Assembly: GCA_951406725.2 (NCBI GenBank)
Contig: OX597819.1
Location: 76,632,001 to 76,696,000 of the forward strand
Direction: 5' to 3'
Length of the DNA stretch: 64,000 nucleotides
Source of the DNA: Octopus vulgaris
Lineage: Eukaryota
Shown: positions 50,846-63,719 of the stretch, piece by piece
How positions within the stretch are numbered: the first letter of the stretch is position 1
How the letters are laid out: every line of letters starts with the position of its first letter
Position numbers and translations under genes: made by a program
Notes under the pieces: generated by a model
Database searches by the model: none
Told to the model about the DNA's origin: nothing
What the model saw: only the letters and a program-made list of their open reading frames with translations

Positions 50846-52431
50846 CACACTCCAGACTCTACCGTTTCTACATCTATAAACCACTCTGCCCATCGGAGCT
50901 GGCTGGCCTCACGCGACCCCCACTCATATATTCCCAGCCCACTCGTCTAGCCACCCCTCGTCACCTTTGTTTTGTCCCTTGTCACCTGCTCTGCAGTAAT
51001 GACTAAGTCTAGTCCTACCTTTGGATTGGATCTCTGAGGTTCCCTCCCTGCTCAGGTGTTGACTAACAAGAATTCAAGCGGAACTACAGTCTCATCAATC
51101 TTACTAGCTTATAAGGACGTAAGAAAGCTATGGGCAGTCCACTTCCTTTGGATTAGCAAGTCAAATCAAATTGGTATCGCAACAAATTATATCCCATGCA
51201 GAATTTAATTATACTTCATTTTACGCTCTGAGTTCAAATCACACAGTGATCTGAGGTGATACCAGTCAAACCTCTGGGACTGTTTTAATCGATTCTATTA
51301 TTTCCCATAGTTCGTGGCCCAGTAACCATGTGAAATATAAAAAAAGATCATTATTATTATATTCATAATTTTTTCTAATACTACGTTTGATTTTAGATTT
51401 CACAATACGTTGGTTCTCTCATAAACCATCCAATTAGTTTCGTATGGCTTCCATTAATTTATCGTTTTTGATGTTTAAAACGCGTGACGTTTTTTATAGC
51501 AGTTGTTTGACTGTTGTTATTGAAATAGTTATTGTCAGTGTCAATATTATTGCTGTTGTTGTGATTGGTTTTTGTTTATAAAGATATGTTGTTGCTATTG
51601 TTGTTTATATGGTTATCACCATCGCAGTTACTATTTGTTATTGTTATTTCATTTTATTGTTTGTATGTTTGTTTGTTATAATGTTCATTAAGTTTATTGT
51701 TGCTGTTGTTTAGAAGATATATAATCAAAATCATTCTGCCCGTGACCATCTTGTCTTTTATTCAGAAATAAACATACTTAAGACAACATAATGTGAAATA
51801 AATATGATTTAAGAACGTGTGGCAGAATCTGGGGGAATTTCAGTTGCTCTTTCTTACAAGCTGGACAAGAAAGTTTTGTCAGAATTGCCGATCTTGAGTT
51901 TTCAGTGATTCTACTAACTCATATAATTATCTTTTAAGTGGCTGAGCTTTCCGGAAGATTCAGACTCTTAATATCACTCCAGGCAAAATTAGCCTTGCAC
52001 ATCATGTCACAGTACTGGACCTTTCAGTTAGCTGTATATGACACCTAAGCAGAGTCTGTATCCAATTTCATTAAAAAGTATTGGGTCGACCCACAATAAA
52101 TGAAATTGCCCTTAATGTCACGCTGTAGGATCGAATGCAAGACCTCAAAAGTCAGAAGCAAAATTGAAAATTAGTTCATACACACACTCCAGACTCTACC
52201 GTTTCTATAGCTACTATAAAGAATTCTCACCATCGGAGCTGGCTGGCTTCACGCGACCCCCAGTCATACCTGCCCCACCCATTTGTCTAGCCTCGACCCG
52301 TCACCCTTGTTTTGTCTCGCACCCCCAGCTCTGCAGTTATCACTACGTCCACTCCTTCATTGCTATTGGCTCTCTGAGATTCTCACCCTGCTCAAGTGTT
52401 GACTAACAAGAATTCAACAGAAACTACAGTC
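50846..52431 (+). repeat. Diverged ~245-bp direct repeat pair (50846-51091 and 52183-52431)
   Basis: CACACTCCAGACTCTACCGTTTCTA...CCATCGGAGCTGGCTGGC.TCACGCGACCCC...GTGTTGACTAACAAGAATTCAA...AACTACAGTC occurs in both. Confidence 0.9.
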
Positions 52432-53883
52432 AGATTTATATATATCGGTACACATGTGTATGTATGGAACTATGTATGTATGCACGTATGTATGCATGTG
52501 TGTATGTATGTATGTATGTAAATGTTTATAAATACATGCGGATATATCTTCATATTTATGTATGTGTATATAAATATACATGCACACATACGTATATATA
52601 TAGAGAGAGACACATATATATATATATATATATACATATACACATATATGTATGTACATATATGCGTAGTATATGTATGTGTATTTGTGTGTGCACACGT
52701 ATGTGTGAGTGTTTATGTATATACATATGTGTGTGTGTGTCTACAGGTGTACATACAGAGACATCTACACATCTATATATATATATATGTAAATATATAT
52801 TCATATATAAATATATATGTAATATAATAACCCAGAGATATAGAAGACAGATGTCTGTATATGTATACATTATGCATGTATGTACTATGTATGTATGTAT
52901 GTATGTATGTATGCACACTACACATTTCTCTGATCGGTTGCCGCCATGTTGTTTATCTCCATTAGTGAGATACATTTAATTTTATTTTTATAATTGCCAA
53001 AGAATATATCAAAAGCAAATCACTATCTGTTTATCAGCAGTCGCAACACTATTTCTGGTTCCACATATCTTCCTCTCCAATGCTGTATTTTTGCCTTCTT
53101 TTACACAAACATCGTCATCTTCGTCATTATCATCATAGACATCATCATCATCATCATTATCATCATCATCATCATCACCATCATTGTTGTCGTCGTCGTC
53201 GTCGCTGTCATCATCGTTGTCGTCGTCGTTGTCATCGTCGACGTCGTCGTCATCATCATGATCGTCAATATCTCTTAATTTCATTGCTATGTTGCCATTC
53301 TCACTGCTTTATATTGAGCGGCTAGTGGGGGAAAACTGATCCGCCATATTCTGGTGAACAACACACAAGTCCCTAGTTTCGATTACCGGTTTGAATTTTC
53401 TTAACTTGATCCCTGGAAGTGAAATCAATGGTGGTTTCATTTTTTCAGGGTAGATAACCTGTGTCTGTCAAGTACTGAGGTGGAAATAATCGAGGTGTTA
53501 TCTGTGCAATTGAAGTGGGGTTTGTATGCAAATGTTTTACTCCAAAGCCCTGAAGCAGTTTAGAAAAAACAGTATAAGGTTGAATACATAGAATATATAA
53601 TTTTATTATCTTTGGTAAAGTGATATAGTGGATAGCATTGAGAACAAAGGGAGAGCCTCATTCATTAAAGCTTTACTGTATTTCTTCCAGTTCTTTACAT
53701 TCTGAGTTCAATCCCACTCTCGAGCTCAAAATTATTTTTTACTTTCGAGGATCATAAAACAAAGTACCAATCAAATACCGAATATCGATGTAATCGTCAT
53801 AATCCCTCCTCTCAAATTTACTGACCTTTCGCCTAAACTAAACACAAGTATTAAAGTCAATATTTATACTATTATCATATATA

Positions 53884-54052
53884 GGAGTGTCTGTGTGGTA
53901 AGTAGCTTGCTTACCAACCACATGGTTCAGGGTTCAGTCTCACTGCGTGGCACCTTGGGCAAGTGTCTTCTACTATAGCCTCGGGCCGACCAATGCCTTG
54001 TGAGTGGATTTGGGGGACGGAAACTGAAAGAAGTCCGTCGTATATATGTATA

Positions 54053-54141
<89 letters not shown>

Positions 54142-54262
54142 TTGTGTGTCTGTGTTTGACCCCCCAACATCGCTTGACAACCGATGCTGGTGTGTTTACG
54201 TCCTCGACTAAAGCCGCAGTCAAATGACTGAAACAAGTAAAAGAATAAAAGAGTAAAAAGTA
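53884..54262 (+). mobile_element. SINE family A with expanded internal (TA)n(TG)n and an internal deletion
   Basis: Head, CACCTTGGGCAAG core and tail present; the segment between TTTACGTCC and TCGACTAAAG is missing. Confidence 0.9.
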
Positions 54263-54289
54263 AGGGGACAGTTGATGTGAAGTCCCACC

Positions 54290-54700
54290 TACTAGTTCGA
54301 CCAACTAGTTTTCGAACTCAAGTCCATTTTGGGATCATCAAGTCACCAGCCGTATCTTAGGCTGCCTCTCTCACCTATCGCCTGGATCTCTTTCAAGATG
54401 CCGTTTTCTTGACGATGCTTGACGCTAATTTATAACACCCATCGTCTCAGTCTGCTTCCAATAAAACCCCTACATCCAACTTCTACAGGAAAGTGTCATG
54501 CAATCCAACCGGCATCTTTAGAATTTTCCAGTAGTGTTTCATAACGATCGTCTTTCCTAATCTTAGAGGTATCTGTTTTGTCGTCATATGAACTAGTTAA
54601 TTGAACAAGGTGTACTATTTTACGTTCCTCACAGTGTATTGTCATATCCGGCTTCTTCGTAGTCAGTGTTAGAAGGAGGCGTTCACACCAATGCATTGTA
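54290..54700 (-). mobile_element. LINE 3' end with restriction-like endonuclease (NeSL/Hero-like, tentative)
   Basis: KPDMTI...VHLVQLTSSYD...RKDDRYETL...GWIA..FPVEVG. Confidence 0.65.
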
Positions 54701-54731
54701 CCAAATACTAATAATCAATATTATTCACATT

Positions 54732-55590
54732 ACGTCGCCGAGCTGGCAGAATCGTTAGCACACCGGGCGAAATGCGTAGCCGTATTTCGTCTGCCGTTAC
54801 GTTCTGAGTCCAAATTCCTCCGAGGTCGACTTTGCCTTTCATCCTTTCGGGGTCGGTTAAATAAGTACCAGTTACGCACTGGTCGATAAATTAAGCACCA
54901 GTTACGCACTGGGGTCGATATAATCGACTTCATCGGTTTGTCTGTCCTTGTTTGTCCTCTCTGTGTTTAGCCCCTTGTGGGTAGTAAAGAAATTGGTATT
55001 TCGTCTGCCGCTACGTTCTGAGCTCAAATTCCGCCGAGGTCGACTTTACCTTTCATCCTTTCAGGGCCGATTAAATAAGTACCAGTTACGCACTGGGGTC
55101 GATATAATCGACTTAATCCGTTTGTCTGTCCTTGTTTGTCCCCTCTGTGTGTAGCCCCTTGTAGGCAGTAAAGAAATAAGAATCGTTAGCACGCTGGGCA
55201 AAATGCTTCGCGGCCTTTCGTCCGTTTTGCATGTTTAGTTCAAATTCCGTCGAGGTCGACTTTTCCTCTTTAATTATTTTGGAATCGATAAAATAAGTAC
55301 CTGTTGAGCCCTGGGATTGATGTAATCAATTATCCTCCTCCCCCAGCTTGTTCACCTTGCGCCAAAATTTGAAAGCAGTATTAGTTACTTACTTTACATA
55401 CAGTCAGGAGATTAGAAGAGCCGGACAAAATGTCTAGCAGTGTTTAGCTACAGACTTTTATGTACTAATTCAAATCCGGTTCCGGTCAACTTTTCCTTCC
55501 GTCATTTAGGTGTCTATAAAGAAAAGTATTAGTCAAGTACTGCGGTTCATTTAATCGACAAACCCTTTCTTGCAAATAAGTGACCATGTG
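54732..55590 (+). mobile_element. Head-to-tail array of about four SINE family B units
   Basis: Repeated GTTCTGAG.T.AAATTCC.CCGAGGTCGACTTT.CCTTTCATCCTTTC.GGG.CG.TTAAATAAGTACCAG; resembles the Meta-type SINE domain as recalled. Confidence 0.9.
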
Positions 55591-56118
55591 GAGATCTTTA
55601 AAATCGATCATTTTCATTTCAACAACATAAAACCAATCGGAGTTATTTGAATCAGTTCCAAAATTTTGAATGGTACAAATAACGTCAATAACGTCAGAAA
55701 GGTGAAAGATGAAACATGAAAGACAAACTTTGCAGGATTTGAATTCAGGAAGTCAAGAAGTGTCACGAAAAAAAAAACAAGCATTTAACACAACCCTGCA
55801 CTGTTTCAGTCATTCCATTGTTCTTATATCATCTATAATTATGATTCGTTGTATAGACGCCAATAACTTTATTGAAAGGAAAGGTGTGTGATTGGTTTCA
55901 ACACTCTCCTTGATAGTTCTACTTATTTTATCGACATATGAGTAATAAAAGCCAAAAATTAATCACAGCATGGTGGAAACTCAGAACTGAACTGAAAAAA
56001 AAAGAAACCATGAAAATGATTCTATTAAATTATTCCAGCACTCTATTGTTTCGCGTATCTTCACATCCGTGCCAGGGCAACGTGCTAAATTTCACGTGGC
56101 CGTACTATTTATTCTTTT

Positions 56119-56874
56119 TATTCTTTTACTTGTTTCATTCATTAGACAGCGACCATGCTGGAGCACCGCCTTGAAGTATGTTTTGTCGAGTAATTCTTAT
56201 TCTCTCGGTCTTTTACCGAACCGCTAACTTGCGAGGACGTAAACACACCAACATCGGTTGTCAAGCGATGATTGGGGACAAACACAGACACAAAGGCACA
56301 CACACACACATAGATACACAGACATTCACACAAAACTATATATATATATATATGTGTATACACAATGGGTTTCTTTCAGTTTCCGTCTTCTACATCCACT
56401 TACAAGGCTTTGGTCGGAGCAATGTGGTTGGGAAACAAGCTTCTTACCCTAGTAATTCAAAGGATACATTAATATTGGCGCAGGCGTGACTGTGTGGTAA
56501 GAAGCTTGCTTCCTAACCACATGGTTCCCGGTTCAGTCCCACTGCGTGGCACTTTGGGCAAGTGACTTCTACTATAGCTCTGGGCAGACCAAATCGTTGT
56601 GAGTGGATTTGGTAGACGTAAACTGAAAGAAATCCGTCGTATATATATATATATATATATGCGTATGTGTGTCCCTCCACCATCGCTTGATAATCGATTT
56701 TAGAGTGTTTATGTCTCCGTAACTTAGCAGTTCGATAAAAGAGACCGCTAGAATAAGTACTAAGCTTACAAAGAATAAGACCTGGGGTCGATCTTGTCAA
56801 CTAAAATCCCCTTTAATGCGGTGCACCAGCATGGCCGCAGTCAACTGATTGAAACAAGTAAAAGGATAAAAGAA
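56119..56874. mobile_element. Divergent pair of family A SINEs (56119-56447 minus, 56477-56874 plus)
   Basis: The two heads lie about 30 bp apart in opposite orientation. Confidence 0.88.
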
Positions 56875-57099
56875 TAATTTAAGTTAAATTTTAAAAAGAA
56901 CATCGTCAGAATACCTTTGACAATGAGATTTGGGCTGACATGATGTTCGACAGCAAGAACAAAAAATTTAAGATATTTAGGTGCATTGTGTTTGAATAAA
57001 AGATGGGATGGTTCCCAAATTGAACGTCTTTAATCAAAGGCCTACACGGTCAAGACTGATCCAGTGCTAAACAACAACAAGAACAACATAGAAATCAAC

Positions 57100-57147
57100 A
57101 ACGGTAACAGCAGCAGCTGCAGCAGCACAATCAACAGCAGCAGCAGC

Positions 57148-57200
<53 letters not shown>

Positions 57201-57373
57201 CAGCAGCAGCAGCAGCAACAACAGCTAGAAAACTTTGTCTTAAATATGTAAAAACTAAAAAAAACACACACTATTATATGTTCTCTATCATCCTATTCTG
57301 AGATATATATCCCTTGTTGAAATATACTGATTATTTGTAATTATTTCATCCTGTATCAAAAAAAAAGTTTTTG

Positions 57374-57471
<98 letters not shown>

Positions 57472-57532
57472 AAGAAGAAGAAGAAGAAGAAGAAGAAGAA
57501 GGAGATGATGATGATGATGATGATGATGATGA
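57100..57532. repeat. Compound (CAG)(TAG) and (TAA)(GAA)(GAT) microsatellites
   Basis: Directly visible. Confidence 0.95.
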
Positions 57533-57854
57533 TCTGAGGACAAAAAAATCTGATAACTTCTCATTTCTAATGTTTCATTTAACAGGATCGAAGGCAGGAT
57601 GTAGAATTAATTATTTCCTTTCTATGTGTATATATGCCAGCCTGCAATTAACTGGGGTTTTTTTTGTTTGTTTTGTTTTGTTTTTATTTTTCACTTTTTT
57701 TTTTATCACAAATTACTTTATGCTGTTATTGCATTATCACGCAAACCTTACACATCAGCCGACATATAGAAACGAAATAGCTCCTTATGTTGTTTACTCC
57801 GTTGAATGTACAACCTCTTACAAAATATATCAGTCTATATATATGTAAGCAGAT

Positions 57855-59490
57855 ATATTGGTTCCAAATTTTGGCACAAGGCCAGCAATTTCGGAAGAGA
57901 GAGTAAGTCGATTACATCGACCCAAATGATTGACTGGTACTTGTATAGACTCCGAAAGGATGAAATGATAAGTCGACTTTGACAGAATTTGAACTAAAAA
58001 CGTTAAGAGGGACGAAATTTCGCTAAGAATTTCGTCCGGCCTGCTGACGATTTTGCCAGCTCGCCGCCTTGTTTCAAATACATAGACACAAGGTTTGAAA
58101 TTTTGAGGAGGATGCAAGTCTATTACATCGACCCCAGTACTCAACTGGTACTTATTTCATCGAATCCAACAGGATAAAAGGCCGAATTTTTAATAGTTGT
58201 GAGAATCTACACTATTTCTATAATAATTTATCATCTACCCATCGTACCTTGCTTCAAGTCACATTTGATAAAATTACTCAATCATATAGGATACCAATGT
58301 CAAGTTTTTGAATTAATAGTTTCCCTAAATAGTTAGCTGTGGTCTTGTTCCTCTTGTTCTAATATTAAAAGTCAATAATTTATTCTTTAAAATGGTTTCT
58401 GTTTAAGCCACACTGTCATTGTATTAGCAGTCATTGCATTATCACATAAACCTTACACATTAGCCGACATATAGAAACAAAATAGCTCCTTATGTGCATA
58501 TCATCGACCCTAGTATTTGACTGGTTCTTTATTTTATCGATCCTGGAAGAATGCAAAGCAGAGTTGTCCTCAGCGAGATTCGAACACAAAAATAACCAAA
58601 AACAAACATAGTTTCCTTTAGGTTTCACCGAAAGATCGACAACGACCTCTACAACAATATTTTCTTCGGAATGGTTCTAAGTGTTTCAAAGGCACATGTC
58701 CGCCTGAGCAAATTCATAGTCTACGATGCTAGTTTATGAACTTCTACAAATGGACGGATCGTAATAGAATGCACGGCTCTTTGATGGGATTCCTGGCTTT
58801 TATTTGTTTTATTTTTATTTTTATTTTTTCTTATTTATGTTGTATTTTGTTACTGCTATTTTCTTCGTTACCTTAGCCCAACGGCAAATATAAAAGGCAA
58901 AGAAATGTGAGTGATCAAAGAGCTACCCGTTGAACCTCTCACCATTTCACCAATTCCGGAACAAAGCCATAAACCGTAACATCACTGGAACCATAACCAT
59001 TGGTACAGAGATATCTAAAATGTAATCGAATGATAGAGTAAAGGTTATATAAATAATGTACAGTACCAGGACGAAATAATATATATCCCTCTCTTTGGCT
59101 ATAAATATGAAAATATAAACGGACATGAGAGAGGTAATGAAAGGAAAAAAATGGGGAGAGGTAAAGGGGGAGATACAATGAAAAAGAGACTGAAAAAGAG
59201 AAAAGAGATTGTGAGAAAAGCAACAAAACAAGTAATTCACAAAGCCTCGACTGACTTTTAAGATTCGGTGAAGTAAAATGTTGATGACTTGGTCGTACAT
59301 GTACGACGAAAGATATTCAAACTTAATAATATATATTCTTTTCTACTCTAGGCACAAGGCCCGAATTTTGGGGAGAAGGGGCCCGTCAATTAGAGCGACC
59401 CCAGTATGCAACTGGTACTTAATTTATCGACCCCGAAAGATGAAAGGCAAAGTCGACCTCGGCAGAATTTGAACTTAGAGTGTAAAGACT
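57855..59490 (-). mobile_element. Several minus-strand family B SINE copies (~57855-58065, 58085-58185, 58500-58590, 59350-59490)
   Basis: CGACCCCAGT...CTGGTACTT..TTTATCGACCCCGAAAG.ATGAAAGGCAAAGTCGACCTCGGC variants. Confidence 0.8.
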
Positions 59491-60437
59491 GATTAATAAT
59501 ACATATTATCACGAATCAATAATGAAAATGTAAAGGATCTTTACAGTGTGAAATTATATGATCCAAATAGAAAGCCTCAACATGGTTGCTCGGCCTGATA
59601 TAGATATTAATCAAATCTCCTTCAAATCGCACCCCACTAATTTTTAAAACGGATGATTAATGATGCCATTTTCGAAGCTCGTGATTCTTGTTTCTCTCCA
59701 ACAGTAATGAAAATATTTTCTGATCCCATCCATTTGATATTAGGAGATATAACAATGAATATTACACGATATCACTATAGAATAAGTCGATAATTTGAAT
59801 GCATTTAGTGTGATATTTTTTATAGACTAACACAGTATAAAAAGTTAAACGTCTAGGTTCGATACACCAAGGATAAAAATCTGAGCTGGCCACGGCTGAA
59901 ATGTTATTGCTGAAAACTTTGCTCAGTCAAGGCCGATATTTGTTTAAAGTTAATGAAAAGAAATGAAGCACAACCAGTAATTTTTGCAGGTTTTCCTGTG
60001 TTTGTACAAATTATGCGGTTAGTGCATAATTGGTAGATCCACAGATTCATGTTTCTAGAGAGGAAGAATTTGGTTGTATGCTTAGCATTGGATCTGTTAG
60101 TCTTTGGTATTAAATAACAACAATAACAACAGTGGATTTTTTTATCTGCTTCCTCCAGGAAGCAATATTTTTTACTCTCGACACCCTATCATCTACCAAA
60201 TATGTGCAACTTTCAAATATTCGATTTGTTTTAAAGTTCTAATTTTGTATCTCATTAGAGTTTTAACTGGTTAAAAAGAAACAAAAATCAATAATCAGTT
60301 GAGGTTCGTGCAATCAAACGTATTCACTTCTAAACTTGTCAATCTATGTAAAAATGGTAAAAAATAATACTTCTGTTAATGATATTTGATGAAATACGTT
60401 TTATGAGAAATGTTCCCTAATATCATCTGTAAATTTA

Positions 60438-60974
60438 CGAGGGGCGTTCAATAAGTAATGCCTCAGACCCACTTCCCGTAGGAGTAGAGCAACGAAACTT
60501 GGCACATTTATTAGTCTTTTTCTACATAGGAACCACCCAGAGTTACGCATTTCTCCTATCGTTTGATGCAGCTCTGGAGACCGTTTTTGTAGAAGACCCC
60601 ATCAATGGCAGAAGGGGGGCGACGAGATCTGCGAGCTGTTTCCACAGAGTTCCGACCATGTTTGAATTCACGATGCCATCGTTTTACAAGGTCATATGAT
60701 GGGGCATCATCACCATAAGTTACTTTCATTTCATCAAAAGTCTTCCGTGGTGTGCGTCCTTTCAAATACAAAAACCGGATCACTGCTCGACACTCAACAG
60801 GCTCCATTTCACACTTGACTCAGTTCAAACACCTGTAAATCAGAAGCTACAATTAGTTCAGAGCTGTAATTTGCCACTTAATCTATAGAAATATAAATAA
60901 TTGCATATGCAAAATGTTAGCTAGATCAAACAACTACAAGTGGGTCAGAGCCATTACTTACTGAACGCCCCTCG
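60438..60974 (-). mobile_element. Internally deleted mariner element with TIRs and TA target-site duplication
   Basis: TA-CGAGGGGCGTTCAATAAGTAATG...CCCACTT and AAGTGGG...CATTACTTACTGAACGCCCCTCG-TA; the ORF has the N-terminal HTH (RAVIRFLYLKG...YGDDAPS...VKRW..EFKHGR) fused to the C-terminal FYKNG...*EKCV..GGSYVEK. Confidence 0.93.
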
Positions 60975-62754
60975 TATATGATTTTCTTGTCATGCACCTC
61001 ATTACATGTAAAATTATACCATTTTCTGTTTGAAACCTTCAGATTTTCAGCCCTGAGACAGGTCGCAACTATGTTGTGATAACAACCAGAATGTTTCTGT
61101 TTAAAATTTCAGAAGTTTGAAATATGAGGTAGTCACGGCTGCAAACAAAGCTTTTGCTTTAATTTTTGTTTAAAGTTGATGAAACGAAGTGAACCACAAA
61201 CAATAATTTTTGCAGGCTTTCTTATACTGGTGTAACTGATGTAGTTGGTGTATAGTTTGAACGTTTGAAGGTGATGCATGCTCGAAGAAAGATGGTAGTT
61301 AGGAAATCCAGAGATTTGTGTTTCCCTTTCAAAGAGAAGAATTTGGTTGTAGGCTTAGCACTGGATCTGTCACCATTGAAATTAGATGATATTGTTTTTT
61401 TTGGCCTTACGGAGGATCGACATACGAGAGATAAGTCAAAGGTAAGTCGAAATACTTAGGTAGAGTTGGGGTAATGTAAAGATGATCCAAGGCTACAAAA
61501 TGACATTTGTGACATTAAAACGGAGCGATGCATTGCACACAGAAGTCATTACTGCAAGTGGTGCAAGCAAAGGGTAGCAAAGCTGGTAACTACTTTGTGA
61601 GTTTCATTATTTGAGAAACCATTCTATCTACATCAAAGAACTGATTTTTTAACTTGATCTATTTGTTTATCGTAAGTAACTTGACCGTGTAGCATTGTAA
61701 GAAAGCGGAGTGCCGTTTTATCCAAAACAAGAAACATCTTTGCTTCGCTCTATGACAATGAATAAATAAAAACTTAAGGATGCAAGTTTTACAGATATCG
61801 TTTACTTCTTTTTAGAGGTGATTGTCTCCAGCAACAAAACTGACATTACCTGACCTCATCCATTTTATGCTTGCAAATTCAGCAGTTGATGTTATCTGAT
61901 ATTGCTATAGAACAAGACAATGTCATGAACGCCATTAGCATCCAATTTTTTTACAGACTGCTACAATATAAAATGTTAAAAGAAAAATTGTTTATTTCAG
62001 CGAAGCAATGAATAAATTTTTTCTGCGGCCTTAATAGAGTAATCGATAATCAAGAATTGGTTTACGGAGAGCTTACCACTTACGTTCTACATACTATACA
62101 ATGGCATACATAGATTTATATCAAAGACGCTTTTAAAGAGATATATCAAGAATGTGTAATACAACGGAAAATGTAACATACACATCAAATAACAGAATTA
62201 AAACATATAGGATATAGAATAAAAGGATAAGAATTCATACAGCATCAGGATTCAAATACATAATAAAAGGGTAACATATGCAACAATGGAAAAAGAATGC
62301 ATGAACCAGCAGAAAAAACAACATACAAAACATTAAATACTGCAACAGAATATGAATACGTTCAACGGAAGAACGGTATATAAAACAAGAGAATAAAAAC
62401 CTGTAAGCCAACGGAATAAGTATACATATACTAAATGAATTAAAATACATAATTCAACAAATAAGAATATATAATGTACCGTACTGAGAGTATATATTCT
62501 TAAGAAAATAAAATCACTGTCGACATGCTACTATGATTAGAAGGTAAATATTCCTGTTCTAGTTTTGTTTCATTGGTTTCTGTCATGCCATGCGGTCATG
62601 CTGGGGCAACAATTTCACTGTGTTTTAATCGATCATATAGATTTGCAATACGTAATCAGATTTGATATTTATTCATAACACATTTATATAGACACATAAA
62701 ATATATACTTTATGTATACTCAGTCATACGTACATACATATAAGTATACATATG

Positions 62755-62830
<76 letters not shown>

Positions 62831-63190
62831 TATATACACGTATATACATGTATAAAAATGTATATATATGTATATTATATATGTGTTTGTGTATATATTT
62901 ATATATACGTGTGTGTATGTATATGTGTGTTTGTGTGTGTGTATATATTTTTTTATTTGAAGGGCGCTGGAATGCCAGCGCCTATACGCTTGAAGTAGAT
63001 GTCAAATACCTACAATCGACTCTAAATTTCTTCTCTATTTATAACCCCAGGTCGAATGCGAGGTAATGAGCAAGAAGTCTTCTGTCGATCGAAGGTTTCA
63101 CAGTGGTTAAGCATGTAGCACCAATTGATTACAACCTTTCTCACTTTCTCCTTTTTCTTCTTTTTCTTTTTACTTATATTTTATTTATTT

Positions 63191-63317
63191 TTTCGCTCTA
63201 ATGAAGTTTCGTGATTCAATTTGGTATAAATAATTGCTTACAATGATAACTATCATTACTATTATTGTGGCAACTAGAACTGACAATCATGTTAACTGAA
63301 ACAGCTGTAAGTCGAGA
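63191..63317 (+). ncRNA. Hammerhead motif with ~95-nt stem II and one core mutation (CUAAUGA)
   Basis: UUUCG-CU-CUAAUGA-[AGUU..GUGAUU...AAUCAU..AACU]-GAAA-CAGCUG-UA-AG-U-CGAGA; palindromic stem III; (TA)n begins about 85 nt downstream. Confidence 0.7.
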
Positions 63318-63401
63318 TTATGTCTTTTTGTCACTTATTAATAAATGATAATTGATGTAAATCAATTGTTATCCATTGTATCTCCATTTTCTGTTTTCTT
63401 T

Positions 63402-63414
63402 TATATATATATAC

Positions 63415-63459
<45 letters not shown>

Positions 63460-63491
63460 TATATATATGTATATATATATATATATATATC

Positions 63492-63524
<33 letters not shown>

Positions 63525-63535
63525 GTATAAATATG

Positions 63536-63585
<50 letters not shown>

Positions 63586-63640
63586 TGTATATATCACTTA
63601 CACACACAAGCACACACATGCACACACGCACATGCACAAT

Positions 63641-63718
<78 letters not shown>
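63402..63718. repeat. Compound (TA)/(TG)/(CA)/(GA) microsatellite
   Basis: Directly visible. Confidence 0.95.

Positions 63719-63719
<1 letters not shown>

Noticed and set aside
54732-55590. CRISPR-like repeat array
   Set aside because: The units are ~200-bp SINE copies with no unique spacers, in a eukaryotic context.
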